From NCBI GenBank assembly GCA_963677485.1, contig OY781964.1, positions 2,656,001 to 2,720,000 on the forward strand: a stretch of 64,000 nucleotides of DNA, read 5' to 3'. This DNA comes from Armatimonadota bacterium. GTDB taxonomy: Bacteria > Armatimonadota > HRBIN16. Below are positions 21,101 through 29,321 of this stretch, piece by piece (position 1 is the stretch's first letter; each line of letters begins with the position of its first letter). The notes beneath the pieces were generated by a model, which saw only the letters and a list, made by a program, of their open reading frames with translations, ran no database searches and was not told the DNA's origin. The translations under genes and the position numbers were made by a program.

Positions 21101-22043
21101 CAGCCCGGATGCTGGTTGGAACTCCAACAAGATTAACGACGGTGTCAGGGGCGCTGAGGGGAAATCGTCAGGCTGGTCCAGTGCGGGTGGAAGTGTACAG
21201 GACCGCGAAGAGTGGGTGAAGCTCGATCTGGGTGAGGTGAAACCGGTCGGCAGAATCGCATTGTATCCTCGCAACGACCCGTTTGATGCGGGCAACTACT
21301 TCCCACTGGACTACAAGCTGATGTTGTCTGCAGACGGGCTCAACTGGACCACTGTTGCCGACGTGGTGAACCAGCCGCTGATCGCTGATGGTGCAGTCAC
21401 CTTCGAGTTTGCTCCGTGCGACGCCCGTTATGTCAAACTGCTAGCCACAAAGCTGCGAGACAAGCGGAATACGGTGTATCATTGCCAGATATCGGAGTTT
21501 GAGGTGATGCCCCCGCTCAACCCTAAGACGGTCCGAAATGCGGCCCTGAACAGGCCTGTACAGCCGAGCTCCACCTCGGGCCAGACGTCAGGCTTACCTG
21601 GGTCAAAGGCTGTTGACGGCATACCATCGACATTCGAAAGCTCTCCGGGGTGGACATCCGGCCCGGGAGCGGAGCAGCGGGAAGAGCGGCTTGTGGTCGA
21701 CCTGCAGGGCGTATACGACATGACGGAGTTCCGGCTCTACCCTGCGGACAATGGTGATGACGCTGTCTATGCGCAGCACTTTCCGGTGGACTACAAGATA
21801 CAGACATCACTAGACGGCACCGACTGGACTGACGCGGTGGCTGTGACGGGCGCCGATAAGCCCAGCAAGCTGGTGAGGCACAAGCTGAGCAAAACAACCC
21901 CAGCTCGTTATGTGCGGCTGCTGATCACCTGTTTCCGGGCTGATAGCTTGGATTATCAGGCGCAGATAGCGGAGTTCGAGGCGTATGGACGTGTGCGCGT
22001 GAGTAGCGGTGCAAGTATTGGCTATGTCCGGGGCGGTCTGTAG
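18141..22043 (+). CDS. Secreted modular CAZyme: putative (alpha/alpha)6 glycosidase plus three F5/8-type C (discoidin/CBM32) domains
   Basis: Signal peptide; three repeats NIALHKPVTASS/NYARKAKVEVSS/NAALNRPVQPSS...DLG...ARYV...EFE; helical mid-region resembling six-hairpin glycosidases. Confidence 0.7.
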   Translation: MNRNPLYTIVVFLLLAALSPSVWGSAMITKTGHDITIKGSHYRMVVDLGHKVAITSLMTDGTEWLADGACIYTSIKVDGVWANSLVLTDNPKVKVSKQGVTISFETRYTSESWQIDSNTDQVNIDFSRRFKGDVVVDEQGFPMMSFGQDVVENIRWHKSGSNFWVGGKASAMKSFLAAGSGYLAGKEPNSNIRRAMEDTSFTLLTGSTAGAALKVTGNTNSDSLDLGAAVEADRTVAVNKKKLLMMAYVVSSPKERLHYATGTEDGSPLATVKEGHVRPTGSPIFKPVSVAANQTDTVSLRFEPSEYNRYYDLGTLRGVDERLLSEALNNYGRMMVLDYKYGTTQENPNLFFEVPAFEQHWNTAMGSIMCDDGVMETLKNGLRNIKKGPQAADGHIISPYIWQTEGASWYSDYGDMCLGYVLGIVNIFNHTNDSAWPREMQQSARKALDYEYNVMFDHQAKLIKNMHPLNPRLRKSYNNYWEKSEGAYDGYNSALYYETLMKWAAVERVALKDAAQAEKYETMAAEVKDALNKPTSEGGMWNEELGALMYGSGNVPAAYLPPNATALRAGALTDEHARQVVDKIERDNANLGMNFHVMNVRDLRDESVPAPQDDDPYSTMLGENGGWYGAPDGDFYAGYPAYGDRNKIPHFIAHFGQYFDKTGFIGATTWKRDGVTPQDYNWQQCMPHMIMPIWGLYTYAYGFQPEAGRLVIAPFISGGMVGSQVLYRWAKQNMKLKYNGLYAFKLSTEHLPGEVVVRFINQTPSADYRVLVDSRTVTLKADAKGYVDVTVDQAGTHQYRLMNPEPEVRPTKGNIALHKPVTASSTKAMNTQTMHWPEKITDGDTSTGAWFAADNKFPAWVMIDLGRRAAPEQLKLYFGRSDRYSLRIEASNNRDSKAWTKIASAIDASAGPVHPLSLTPKSGTYQYWRVVFTATASQLRANLREWEIGDVTAGSPAGASEELEYQDTCGENYARKAKVEVSSEVDPSPDAGWNSNKINDGVRGAEGKSSGWSSAGGSVQDREEWVKLDLGEVKPVGRIALYPRNDPFDAGNYFPLDYKLMLSADGLNWTTVADVVNQPLIADGAVTFEFAPCDARYVKLLATKLRDKRNTVYHCQISEFEVMPPLNPKTVRNAALNRPVQPSSTSGQTSGLPGSKAVDGIPSTFESSPGWTSGPGAEQREERLVVDLQGVYDMTEFRLYPADNGDDAVYAQHFPVDYKIQTSLDGTDWTDAVAVTGADKPSKLVRHKLSKTTPARYVRLLITCFRADSLDYQAQIAEFEAYGRVRVSSGASIGYVRGGL

Positions 22044-22091
22044 ACAGCAGGCATAACGAGCGTACTGCCAGACCGCCCCGCACTTAGGCAA
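22017..22091. repeat. Palindromic MITE-like element (short copy)
   Basis: ctatgtccggggcggtctg...cagaccgccccgcacttaggcaa; same family as 29109-29277. Confidence 0.75.
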
Positions 22092-22126
22092 CCAAGCATT
22101 CTTATACCCTCATATAGGAGCAACCG

Positions 22127-24880
22127 ATGCAGAACGAAAAACTGGCGCAGTGGGTCACCACCAAAGCCGAGAATTTGGATACCACCGCCATTCGATACCG
22201 TCTGACTGGACAACTGCCGTCGGGCTTTGATATTGCCATACTGCGAGTGATCGCCAGCGACCTGAACCGCGTCTGGTTGAACGGCGTGCCGGTGGGCATC
22301 AGCGAGGACTGGCAGGGCGATAACTGGCGTGTGAAGGGCATCGCCAGGCCTGGCACCAACGTGATTGAAGCCGAGGTCCGTACCCGAAAAGCCGAATTCG
22401 CCGGTTGCTGGCTGAATATGGACAAAACACTGCCGGCTCCGATGCCGGTGTCACAGTTCGAGTTCACGGTGGGCGATGCCAGACTGTCGGAGTGGGTGTA
22501 CGTGCAGTTCATCGACGATTGGAGCCGCTTCAGCGGCCTGTTCTGCGTGGAGGCTGGCCGTGAGGACCTGAAGTTTGACACCTCAGGCGCACCCAGGACG
22601 CTGAGAATTGATACCCGCACCGAAAAGCAGTTGGGTCCGAACGCCGCATTCGACTGGACGCGTGTGAACAAGATTCGGCTGCGCATCGATCAGAAAAGCA
22701 CACTTGTCCACCAAAAAGGGGAACTCACCTTTTCGGATATGCGAATCGACGGCACACCGGTAGCAATGTCAGGCTGGGTGGTGTCGCCGGGCCTTGGCCC
22801 CATACTCTCCCAACTCTCGACAGATAACCCAGATCGCATGCATCTGAACTACGACTTCAGCCCTTACCCAGAAGCAAGCCTGCTGTGTGAGCTCTCTGTG
22901 GCCGATCGTCACGGTGTGAAACTGGCGCAAATCATCAGCGATGATCAGACGACGGCCGATCAGGGTGCGCCGCTGGTCGCACCCTCCACCTTCGCGGTCG
23001 AATGGACGCCTTACCTGCCCACGCGTGTCTCTGACATGCTCGATGAGGGAAGGGCTCCCTGCCGTGAGATGCTGAGCATCATCACGACGGACCGTAAGGA
23101 GCTTTACGAACAAGATCAGCCGATTGGGTTGAATATCATAGTCCACGCGTTCGAGAGACCGTCTGATCTGAAGATCCAAATCCAGTTGGATGAGTGGAAC
23201 CAGACTAAGCCTGTGATCCTCTCAGCCGAGTGTCGGCCTAGTAAAAAGGGTCAGATGCAGGCCACGCTCTCCCTGCCAAAGCTTTCGGAGGGGTTGTACC
23301 GCGTGACCGCCCGGATGGCAACAGGCATGACGGCGACCGCCGCGTATGCCGTGGTGCCCAAGGGCCAAACCACCATATCCTCTCTGCTGCCGAAACTCAA
23401 GCCGTATCTCCACCGGCAGCACATGATCGGTGTGAATGACCAAGCGGTGCTGGTGCGGAATCCAGCCCATCTCTGGAGCCTTCGCGAGATGGGTGTAGGT
23501 TTATGGGTGGCGGACATCGTGCCCTCGGATACCGAGAGGGGGATCACCGACGATCTGTGCGCCTACTGTAAAGCCACGGGCACGCACTTTGCGTACAACC
23601 TGGTCATACCCAACTATGCGCCAGTGAGTGACAGCACGAACGGTAAGAACAGCTACGACACTCCTGACGGCTGCCATCGTTGGGTTGTCGACGCAGACAC
23701 GCTTCGTCATGCCGCCGCCACAGGCCTGTTTGAGGGTGTGATGTATGACGAAGTGGAGCATATGCAGCTCAACCGTAACGGCTACGCCCAACTGCCTGAG
23801 CCCAATCGCAAGCCGTTCTTCGTGGAGACCAACGGGCTGAACCTGCCTCAGGCATATGAGACTTTGAAGAAGGCGGTCAAAGAGCAAGTCAAGAACTACA
23901 TGCAGTCTGGCTCCAAAATGCTGGGTGAAAGCGTGTTTCCGGCACTGTTCCACCCCATGGCGGAGGGCGGAATGACGATCGCCCCGAAGCTGTTAAAGGA
24001 GGATATCCATCCTGTGGTTCTGGCGGAAGCATTGGGGGCGGCCATACAGCATAAGGCCCGCCTCTGGTTCAGCCCGGATCTGTGGTGGTATGCGGAGGCA
24101 CCCGGGCACAGTGCCCGCGAATACCGCATGGCGATGCAGTGCTGCCATCTGGCCGGTGTGGACGCCTGTTACGTGGAATGTACCATCAAGCTGTTCTCAC
24201 AGAACGGCAGCAGCTATCGTCTGACCCGTCACGGCCAGGAGCTTAAGGAGCACATCGCCAAGTGGGTTCCTGCCCACCCGCGTCACTACAGCTACCGCGA
24301 TTACCAGCCGGAGGTGGCCATCGTGCGCTTCCCAGACAGCGACTGGGGGCAGTCCAGCTGCACCTACTGGGACTATCTGTATGGTGCGATGAACCTGCAC
24401 TCCAGCCCGGAAACACGCGAACACATGCAGGTATGGTCACTGATTACCGATGGCGTGCTGACCGGCCGTGCTGTGAACTGCAACTCGCAGGCGCTGGGGA
24501 CACTGGTACCGCCGATCACCTGGCGGTTCACCGTGCCGAGTCCGGCGGTGGCGGTGTTCGACCACAATGTGGGATTGAAGCACTTAAAGGGCGTGGGGGT
24601 TATCTTCGTCTGTGGGATCGAGATATCGGCTCAGACCACGAGTGCTCTGCAGAGCTGCGTGAAGGCAGGTGCGGTCTGCTTCATCAGCCAGCATCTGGCA
24701 CCTTCATCGATACGCGGTTTGGGCAATGCCCCCTCTGCGCGCATATCGGAGGGCAAGGGCAGCTGGGTGGTCATGAGCAGCTTCACGCCCGAGGTGATGG
24801 CGCCCTACAAGCAGCTTCTGCCGAAGAATGATGGCTCCATGTGGCTGCGGTTCAAGAACCGGCGTGTGAAGGTAGGGTAA
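22127..24880 (+). CDS. Multidomain protein whose C-terminal half is homologous to the 535-aa putative hydrolases
   Basis: GVMYDEVEH, AEGG...PKLLKE, GAAIQH, PDLWW..APGHSAREYR, PEVAIVRFPDS align with 16341/24987. Confidence 0.65.
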   Translation: MQNEKLAQWVTTKAENLDTTAIRYRLTGQLPSGFDIAILRVIASDLNRVWLNGVPVGISEDWQGDNWRVKGIARPGTNVIEAEVRTRKAEFAGCWLNMDKTLPAPMPVSQFEFTVGDARLSEWVYVQFIDDWSRFSGLFCVEAGREDLKFDTSGAPRTLRIDTRTEKQLGPNAAFDWTRVNKIRLRIDQKSTLVHQKGELTFSDMRIDGTPVAMSGWVVSPGLGPILSQLSTDNPDRMHLNYDFSPYPEASLLCELSVADRHGVKLAQIISDDQTTADQGAPLVAPSTFAVEWTPYLPTRVSDMLDEGRAPCREMLSIITTDRKELYEQDQPIGLNIIVHAFERPSDLKIQIQLDEWNQTKPVILSAECRPSKKGQMQATLSLPKLSEGLYRVTARMATGMTATAAYAVVPKGQTTISSLLPKLKPYLHRQHMIGVNDQAVLVRNPAHLWSLREMGVGLWVADIVPSDTERGITDDLCAYCKATGTHFAYNLVIPNYAPVSDSTNGKNSYDTPDGCHRWVVDADTLRHAAATGLFEGVMYDEVEHMQLNRNGYAQLPEPNRKPFFVETNGLNLPQAYETLKKAVKEQVKNYMQSGSKMLGESVFPALFHPMAEGGMTIAPKLLKEDIHPVVLAEALGAAIQHKARLWFSPDLWWYAEAPGHSAREYRMAMQCCHLAGVDACYVECTIKLFSQNGSSYRLTRHGQELKEHIAKWVPAHPRHYSYRDYQPEVAIVRFPDSDWGQSSCTYWDYLYGAMNLHSSPETREHMQVWSLITDGVLTGRAVNCNSQALGTLVPPITWRFTVPSPAVAVFDHNVGLKHLKGVGVIFVCGIEISAQTTSALQSCVKAGAVCFISQHLAPSSIRGLGNAPSARISEGKGSWVVMSSFTPEVMAPYKQLLPKNDGSMWLRFKNRRVKVG

Positions 24881-24890
24881 ACGGTGGGAT

Positions 24891-24960
24891 GTAGGGACAT
24901 CGCGTGCGGTGCCCTCAACCTACCGAATGATAATAAGGGCACCGCACGCGATGCCCCTAC
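24891..24960. repeat. GTAG-type REP inverted pair
   Basis: gtagggacatcgcgtgcggtgccct / agggcaccgcacgcgatgcccctac. Confidence 0.88.
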
Positions 24961-24986
24961 ATCCCACATGACGAATAGAGGAAAAT

Positions 24987-26594
24987 ATGAAATCACTGCT
25001 GATCACTATTGGAGTTGCGCTCATGACAACAGTCGCATTGGCTCAAACGCCGAAACCCTTCAAGGTGGGCATCGAGCTGCCTACCAATCTGCCTGTGGAT
25101 CCCGCTGTGGAAGCCATGCTGAAGGATGTGGGGGTGAACTACCTCAACTTCTTTGTATACAACGACGCTGGGCCGACCGAACAGGATGCGATGGCGGTCT
25201 ACGATGCGCAGGCAGCGATGGCCAAACGCATCGGGGCGGAATACCAACTGGCGTGCCACCACCGGGACATCCCCGAGGCGGTGGTCCGTAAAGCTGCACA
25301 AGACCCACTGTGCGATGGTGTGCTGATCGATGAACTGGAGCACGTCCGCCTGCTGTGGCGTGGCAACAATGCAGGCTCCACGCTTCTAGCTGATACTGAG
25401 CATATGACCGACCTGTATGACGCGCATGACAAAGCGGTCGCTGGTTGGAAGGCTCTGGGTGACAAATACCGCGGCTGGGGCATCAAGAACCTGAACAGCA
25501 CGCATGTGTGGCCGGTGTTGCTGTCGGTGGCGGCAGAGGGCGGCTGGAACCCCACACCCAAGGTATGCAAGGAGTTCTATTCACCCGTGTCGCTGGCCAT
25601 CGGAATGGGTGCCGCGCTGCAGTATGATAAGCAGCTATTGGTCGATTGTGACCTCTGGTTCTGGGACCTGCTTCCAGGCCACACTCCGGAGGAATACCGC
25701 AGCAATCTGCTGCTGGCCTACTGGAGTGGCGCGGACGGTATCTATGCAGAGGGCTCAGGTTACAATCTGGTGCCCGCCGGTCGGCAGGGGATGCCCCATA
25801 GCCTCATGTCCAAGATATCGGACAGCATCTATTCCTTGAGCCCTCACGGTGAAGTGTTGAAGTGGTTTATCAAAGAGTATATTCCCACGCATCCCCGGCT
25901 TTGGAGTTTCCGCGACATCAAGCCGGACATCGCGATCATCCGCTTTGACGATAGCTGCTTCGGTCAACGCTACACGGGCATGCCGGATGCGCTTTACGGG
26001 GCGGCGAACCTGAACAGTGATGCCGATACCGAGGCGATTTTGCAGGTGTGGAACGTGCTGACCGGCGGCCAGACCGGCCGTGATGGCATCAGCAAATACC
26101 GCGCAACTCAAAACATGTACGGCCCGAATGCTCCTTCCATCAACCAGCGGGACAGCTACCTTACACGCCCGATGATGGCAAACTCGCATAACTTCTTCAC
26201 ACCTCTTAACAATGTGGTGGTGTTCGATGATAATGTGAGTGCTGAAAAGCTGAGGGATATCCCCTGCATAATTCTGACGGGTAAGCGGATCAGCCCCAAA
26301 ACCTGGAAGGCTGTTCAAGCGTGTGTGATGCAGGGCGCGACCTGCGTGATATGGGCTCCGCTGGCCACCACGCTGGGACTGAAGCCAGTAGGGCCTGTCA
26401 CGCAGCTGCCGATGGGCAAGGGTGTGATCTGGATGACTACTGACTTTGGCTGGACACAGTCTGACTCTGCGATCGCACCCTTCCGCGGTCGTGCCGACCA
26501 GATTCGCTACCGCTTCACGCAAGGCGAGGTGGTGCTGAACCAGGTGGATGCCAACAAGGTGGACGTGGTCACCACGGTGAATGCTAAACCGTAG
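24987..26594 (+). CDS. Secreted putative glycoside hydrolase of unassigned family (paralog 2)
   Basis: Same length (535 aa) and long identical stretches with the 16341 protein. Confidence 0.6.
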   Translation: MKSLLITIGVALMTTVALAQTPKPFKVGIELPTNLPVDPAVEAMLKDVGVNYLNFFVYNDAGPTEQDAMAVYDAQAAMAKRIGAEYQLACHHRDIPEAVVRKAAQDPLCDGVLIDELEHVRLLWRGNNAGSTLLADTEHMTDLYDAHDKAVAGWKALGDKYRGWGIKNLNSTHVWPVLLSVAAEGGWNPTPKVCKEFYSPVSLAIGMGAALQYDKQLLVDCDLWFWDLLPGHTPEEYRSNLLLAYWSGADGIYAEGSGYNLVPAGRQGMPHSLMSKISDSIYSLSPHGEVLKWFIKEYIPTHPRLWSFRDIKPDIAIIRFDDSCFGQRYTGMPDALYGAANLNSDADTEAILQVWNVLTGGQTGRDGISKYRATQNMYGPNAPSINQRDSYLTRPMMANSHNFFTPLNNVVVFDDNVSAEKLRDIPCIILTGKRISPKTWKAVQACVMQGATCVIWAPLATTLGLKPVGPVTQLPMGKGVIWMTTDFGWTQSDSAIAPFRGRADQIRYRFTQGEVVLNQVDANKVDVVTTVNAKP

Positions 26595-26754
26595 GGGCGA
26601 TCGACAAGATTGTTTTTAACCGCCGATGGACGCGAATGCACGCGGATGGGAAGCGAAATGCCGTCAAACTACCAAAGATTCAATACAGGCGGTAGACCTC
26701 GCCCGTCCTACTCGTCTGACTCATCAGACATGTCCTGCTGACAAGGAGAACGGA

Positions 26755-28899
26755 ATGAATTTTTGGTTACTGCGCGGAATAGTGATAATGAGCGCGATCG
26801 TGATGTGCAGCGGTGCTGTGTACGCCAAGACAGAGACCAATAAGGATAAGCAAATGGCAGAGATTCAGAAGCTCGATTTAATTCCGCAACCGCAGCAGGT
26901 GAAGGTCACCGGCAAGGGGTTCCAGCCCAAGCAAGCAAAAGCGATCTGTGTGGCGGATACGCCTGATAGCCGGTTTTCAGCCAGACTATTGCGGCAGGCA
27001 CTCCGCGAGAGCTTCGGTGTCGACTGCGAGATCGTGCTTCAGCCGGCATCCAACCCCCAGCCGAATGGGCTCACGCTCTCCGCCAGTGATGCAGCCGTCT
27101 CAGCACCTCTTTCGCCCTCAGAAGACAAGGCGGAGGGTTATGCGCTGCGGGTCAGTGAGAATGATGCGGTCATCGCAGGATCCGACAGTGCCGGTCTGTT
27201 CTACGGCGTGCAGACCTTGATCCAACTGATCGAACAGTCGGAGCGTGAAAAGCACGAAATCCCAGGGATGCTGCTGAACGATTGGCCCACATTTGGATTA
27301 CGCGCCAGCTACATCGACAGTGATCAGTTCAAAGGCTCGATCAGGGTGACGCGGGGCAACATCGAAAGCATGATCAAGCAAATGAGCAAGTTCAAATTAA
27401 ACTACATGGTCATCGAGATGTATAACCTGATGCCGTTTAAGTCCTTCCCGTATTGTGCCGACGAAGATACGCTAAGCATCGCTGACTGGAACTACCTGGT
27501 CGAGTTGGCTCACCGCTACCACGTGATCATCATGCCCAGCCTGCAGTCTTTCGCGCAAATGTACGATGTGCTCTGGCCGTGTGAGGAGGGCAAGCCCTAC
27601 CGCGAGGGTGATTCGGCCTGGCCAGGAATCATTTGCCCCAGCCGTCCGGAGAACATGGAGCTGCTCAAAGGTCTATACAAGGACCTGATGACGGTGTTCA
27701 AATACAGCCCCTACTTCGGCATCGGCTGCAGTGAGGTCGGCATGGGCTGGACGGAGTTCTGCCCTCGCTGCCAGAAGCGGCTGGACAACGGCGAAACGCT
27801 GAATGACCTCTTCGAAACCCATGTGCGTGACTGTGTGGCGGCCGTGAAGTCGGCAGCCAAAGAGCTCCACCGTGATGTCCGGCCGTGGATGTGGGCCGAT
27901 GAGTTCTATATGGCCTATTCCCATCGCGGCGGTAACAACTTCGAAGGTATGGATCTGATCGATAAGGATGTGGTGATGTGCCACTGGGCCTATTGGAGCA
28001 AGATATGGTCCAAGCCCTCCATTGGCAACTACGAGGGGATCAAGGGGCTGCTGGAGCGTGGCTACGACGTCTCCTTTGCCTCCGCAAGCTATATATACAA
28101 CAATTACCTGCTGGACCTGTCACCGGGTGAGCCTGGGGAGACCACCATGGACTTCAACGACACCAGCAAAAAGTTCTTTTTGACCGTGGACTCTGGGATA
28201 CAGAATATCGCCGAACAGTCCAAGTGGGCTGATACCTACCAGCAGCAGGTTCCGGCTAACAAGCTGATCGGCGGGGCGTGCGCCACGTTCTCTCAGCATG
28301 ACATCAAGTGCTGGGACACCACATGGTATGCGTATGCGCTTCATGCCGACTATACCTGGGGCGACCCCTCCCGCGCTGTGATGGATTACCGCGAGCGCTT
28401 TAGCTACAAATTCGCAGCCACGTTCTACGGGACTCGAGACAAGAAGACGGCCCAGACCATCGCGGACGCCTATTTAAAGCTGGATGCGGTCAAGACCGAG
28501 ATCGAGCAGAACAACTACCTGATCCGCGATGTCATGGGCGAATACGACATCCAGGACAATGCCTACATCGATAATACGCTGGACAAGTCGCTGGTGTTGA
28601 TCCGTGAGCTGATGTTGAACCCGAAGGGACGAGGCCAAACCATCGCCGATGTGCGTGCCAGGGCAGAGCACGTGAAGTCGGTCACCGCTTCCGTGAGGGG
28701 CGTTCTGGCGAAGCTAGCCCCGAAGCTGAGGAACAGCTATAGCTGGTCATACCTACTGACGGCGGCCCGTAAGATGGAAAACCACGCCACGCGCACCATC
28801 TACATGCTGGACCACGAGCAGACGCTTCAGATGTCGCCTACCACCTGGGATGCCGGTCGGATCGATAAACTGTCGGCACGGCTGACGGCCTTGAGGTAA
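26755..28899 (+). CDS. GH20-like beta-N-acetylhexosaminidase, possibly truncated by a frameshift
   Basis: LIPQPQ, EGYAL, GLFYGVQTLIQL, DWP.F..R; GCSE in place of GGDE; RBS aaggag. Confidence 0.75.
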   Translation: MNFWLLRGIVIMSAIVMCSGAVYAKTETNKDKQMAEIQKLDLIPQPQQVKVTGKGFQPKQAKAICVADTPDSRFSARLLRQALRESFGVDCEIVLQPASNPQPNGLTLSASDAAVSAPLSPSEDKAEGYALRVSENDAVIAGSDSAGLFYGVQTLIQLIEQSEREKHEIPGMLLNDWPTFGLRASYIDSDQFKGSIRVTRGNIESMIKQMSKFKLNYMVIEMYNLMPFKSFPYCADEDTLSIADWNYLVELAHRYHVIIMPSLQSFAQMYDVLWPCEEGKPYREGDSAWPGIICPSRPENMELLKGLYKDLMTVFKYSPYFGIGCSEVGMGWTEFCPRCQKRLDNGETLNDLFETHVRDCVAAVKSAAKELHRDVRPWMWADEFYMAYSHRGGNNFEGMDLIDKDVVMCHWAYWSKIWSKPSIGNYEGIKGLLERGYDVSFASASYIYNNYLLDLSPGEPGETTMDFNDTSKKFFLTVDSGIQNIAEQSKWADTYQQQVPANKLIGGACATFSQHDIKCWDTTWYAYALHADYTWGDPSRAVMDYRERFSYKFAATFYGTRDKKTAQTIADAYLKLDAVKTEIEQNNYLIRDVMGEYDIQDNAYIDNTLDKSLVLIRELMLNPKGRGQTIADVRARAEHVKSVTASVRGVLAKLAPKLRNSYSWSYLLTAARKMENHATRTIYMLDHEQTLQMSPTTWDAGRIDKLSARLTALR

Positions 28900-29108
28900 C
28901 GAAACACGCGTGATCGCCGATGAGATGAACGAGCTGACCTGGGGCAGGGGCGTCTCGGCAGCTCCCTGGAGCCCCAGCGGCGACACCACGGGCTACACGG
29001 CCACATTGGCCATGCTGGATCAGTTCGCCGTCAAGCTGGCTGAGGTCCGCCGTGAGGGGATTGGGCCAGAGTGAGGGTTTCTGTACGGTGGGTGGAAATC
29101 CGTAAAAT

Positions 29109-29277
29109 ATTGCCTATGTCCGGGGCGGTCTGGGCGATGGCTTGCGATGACCACTGGATTTGGACCGCGCCGGTCTTGTTCCCGACATCAAGCTTGCGGG
29201 CTATCCGCCAGACCGACGCGGTCTTGAGCTTCCTGTAACCGCAGGTGTTCTGCCAGACCGCCCCGGACATAGGCAAT
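29109..29277. repeat. MITE-like element with 25-bp terminal inverted repeats
   Basis: attgcctatgtccggggcggtctgg ... ccagaccgccccggacataggcaat. Confidence 0.8.
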
Positions 29278-29321
29278 CGTGGCTGATTAGTTATAAAACA
29301 AAACCATAGCAGGTGAGTGAC

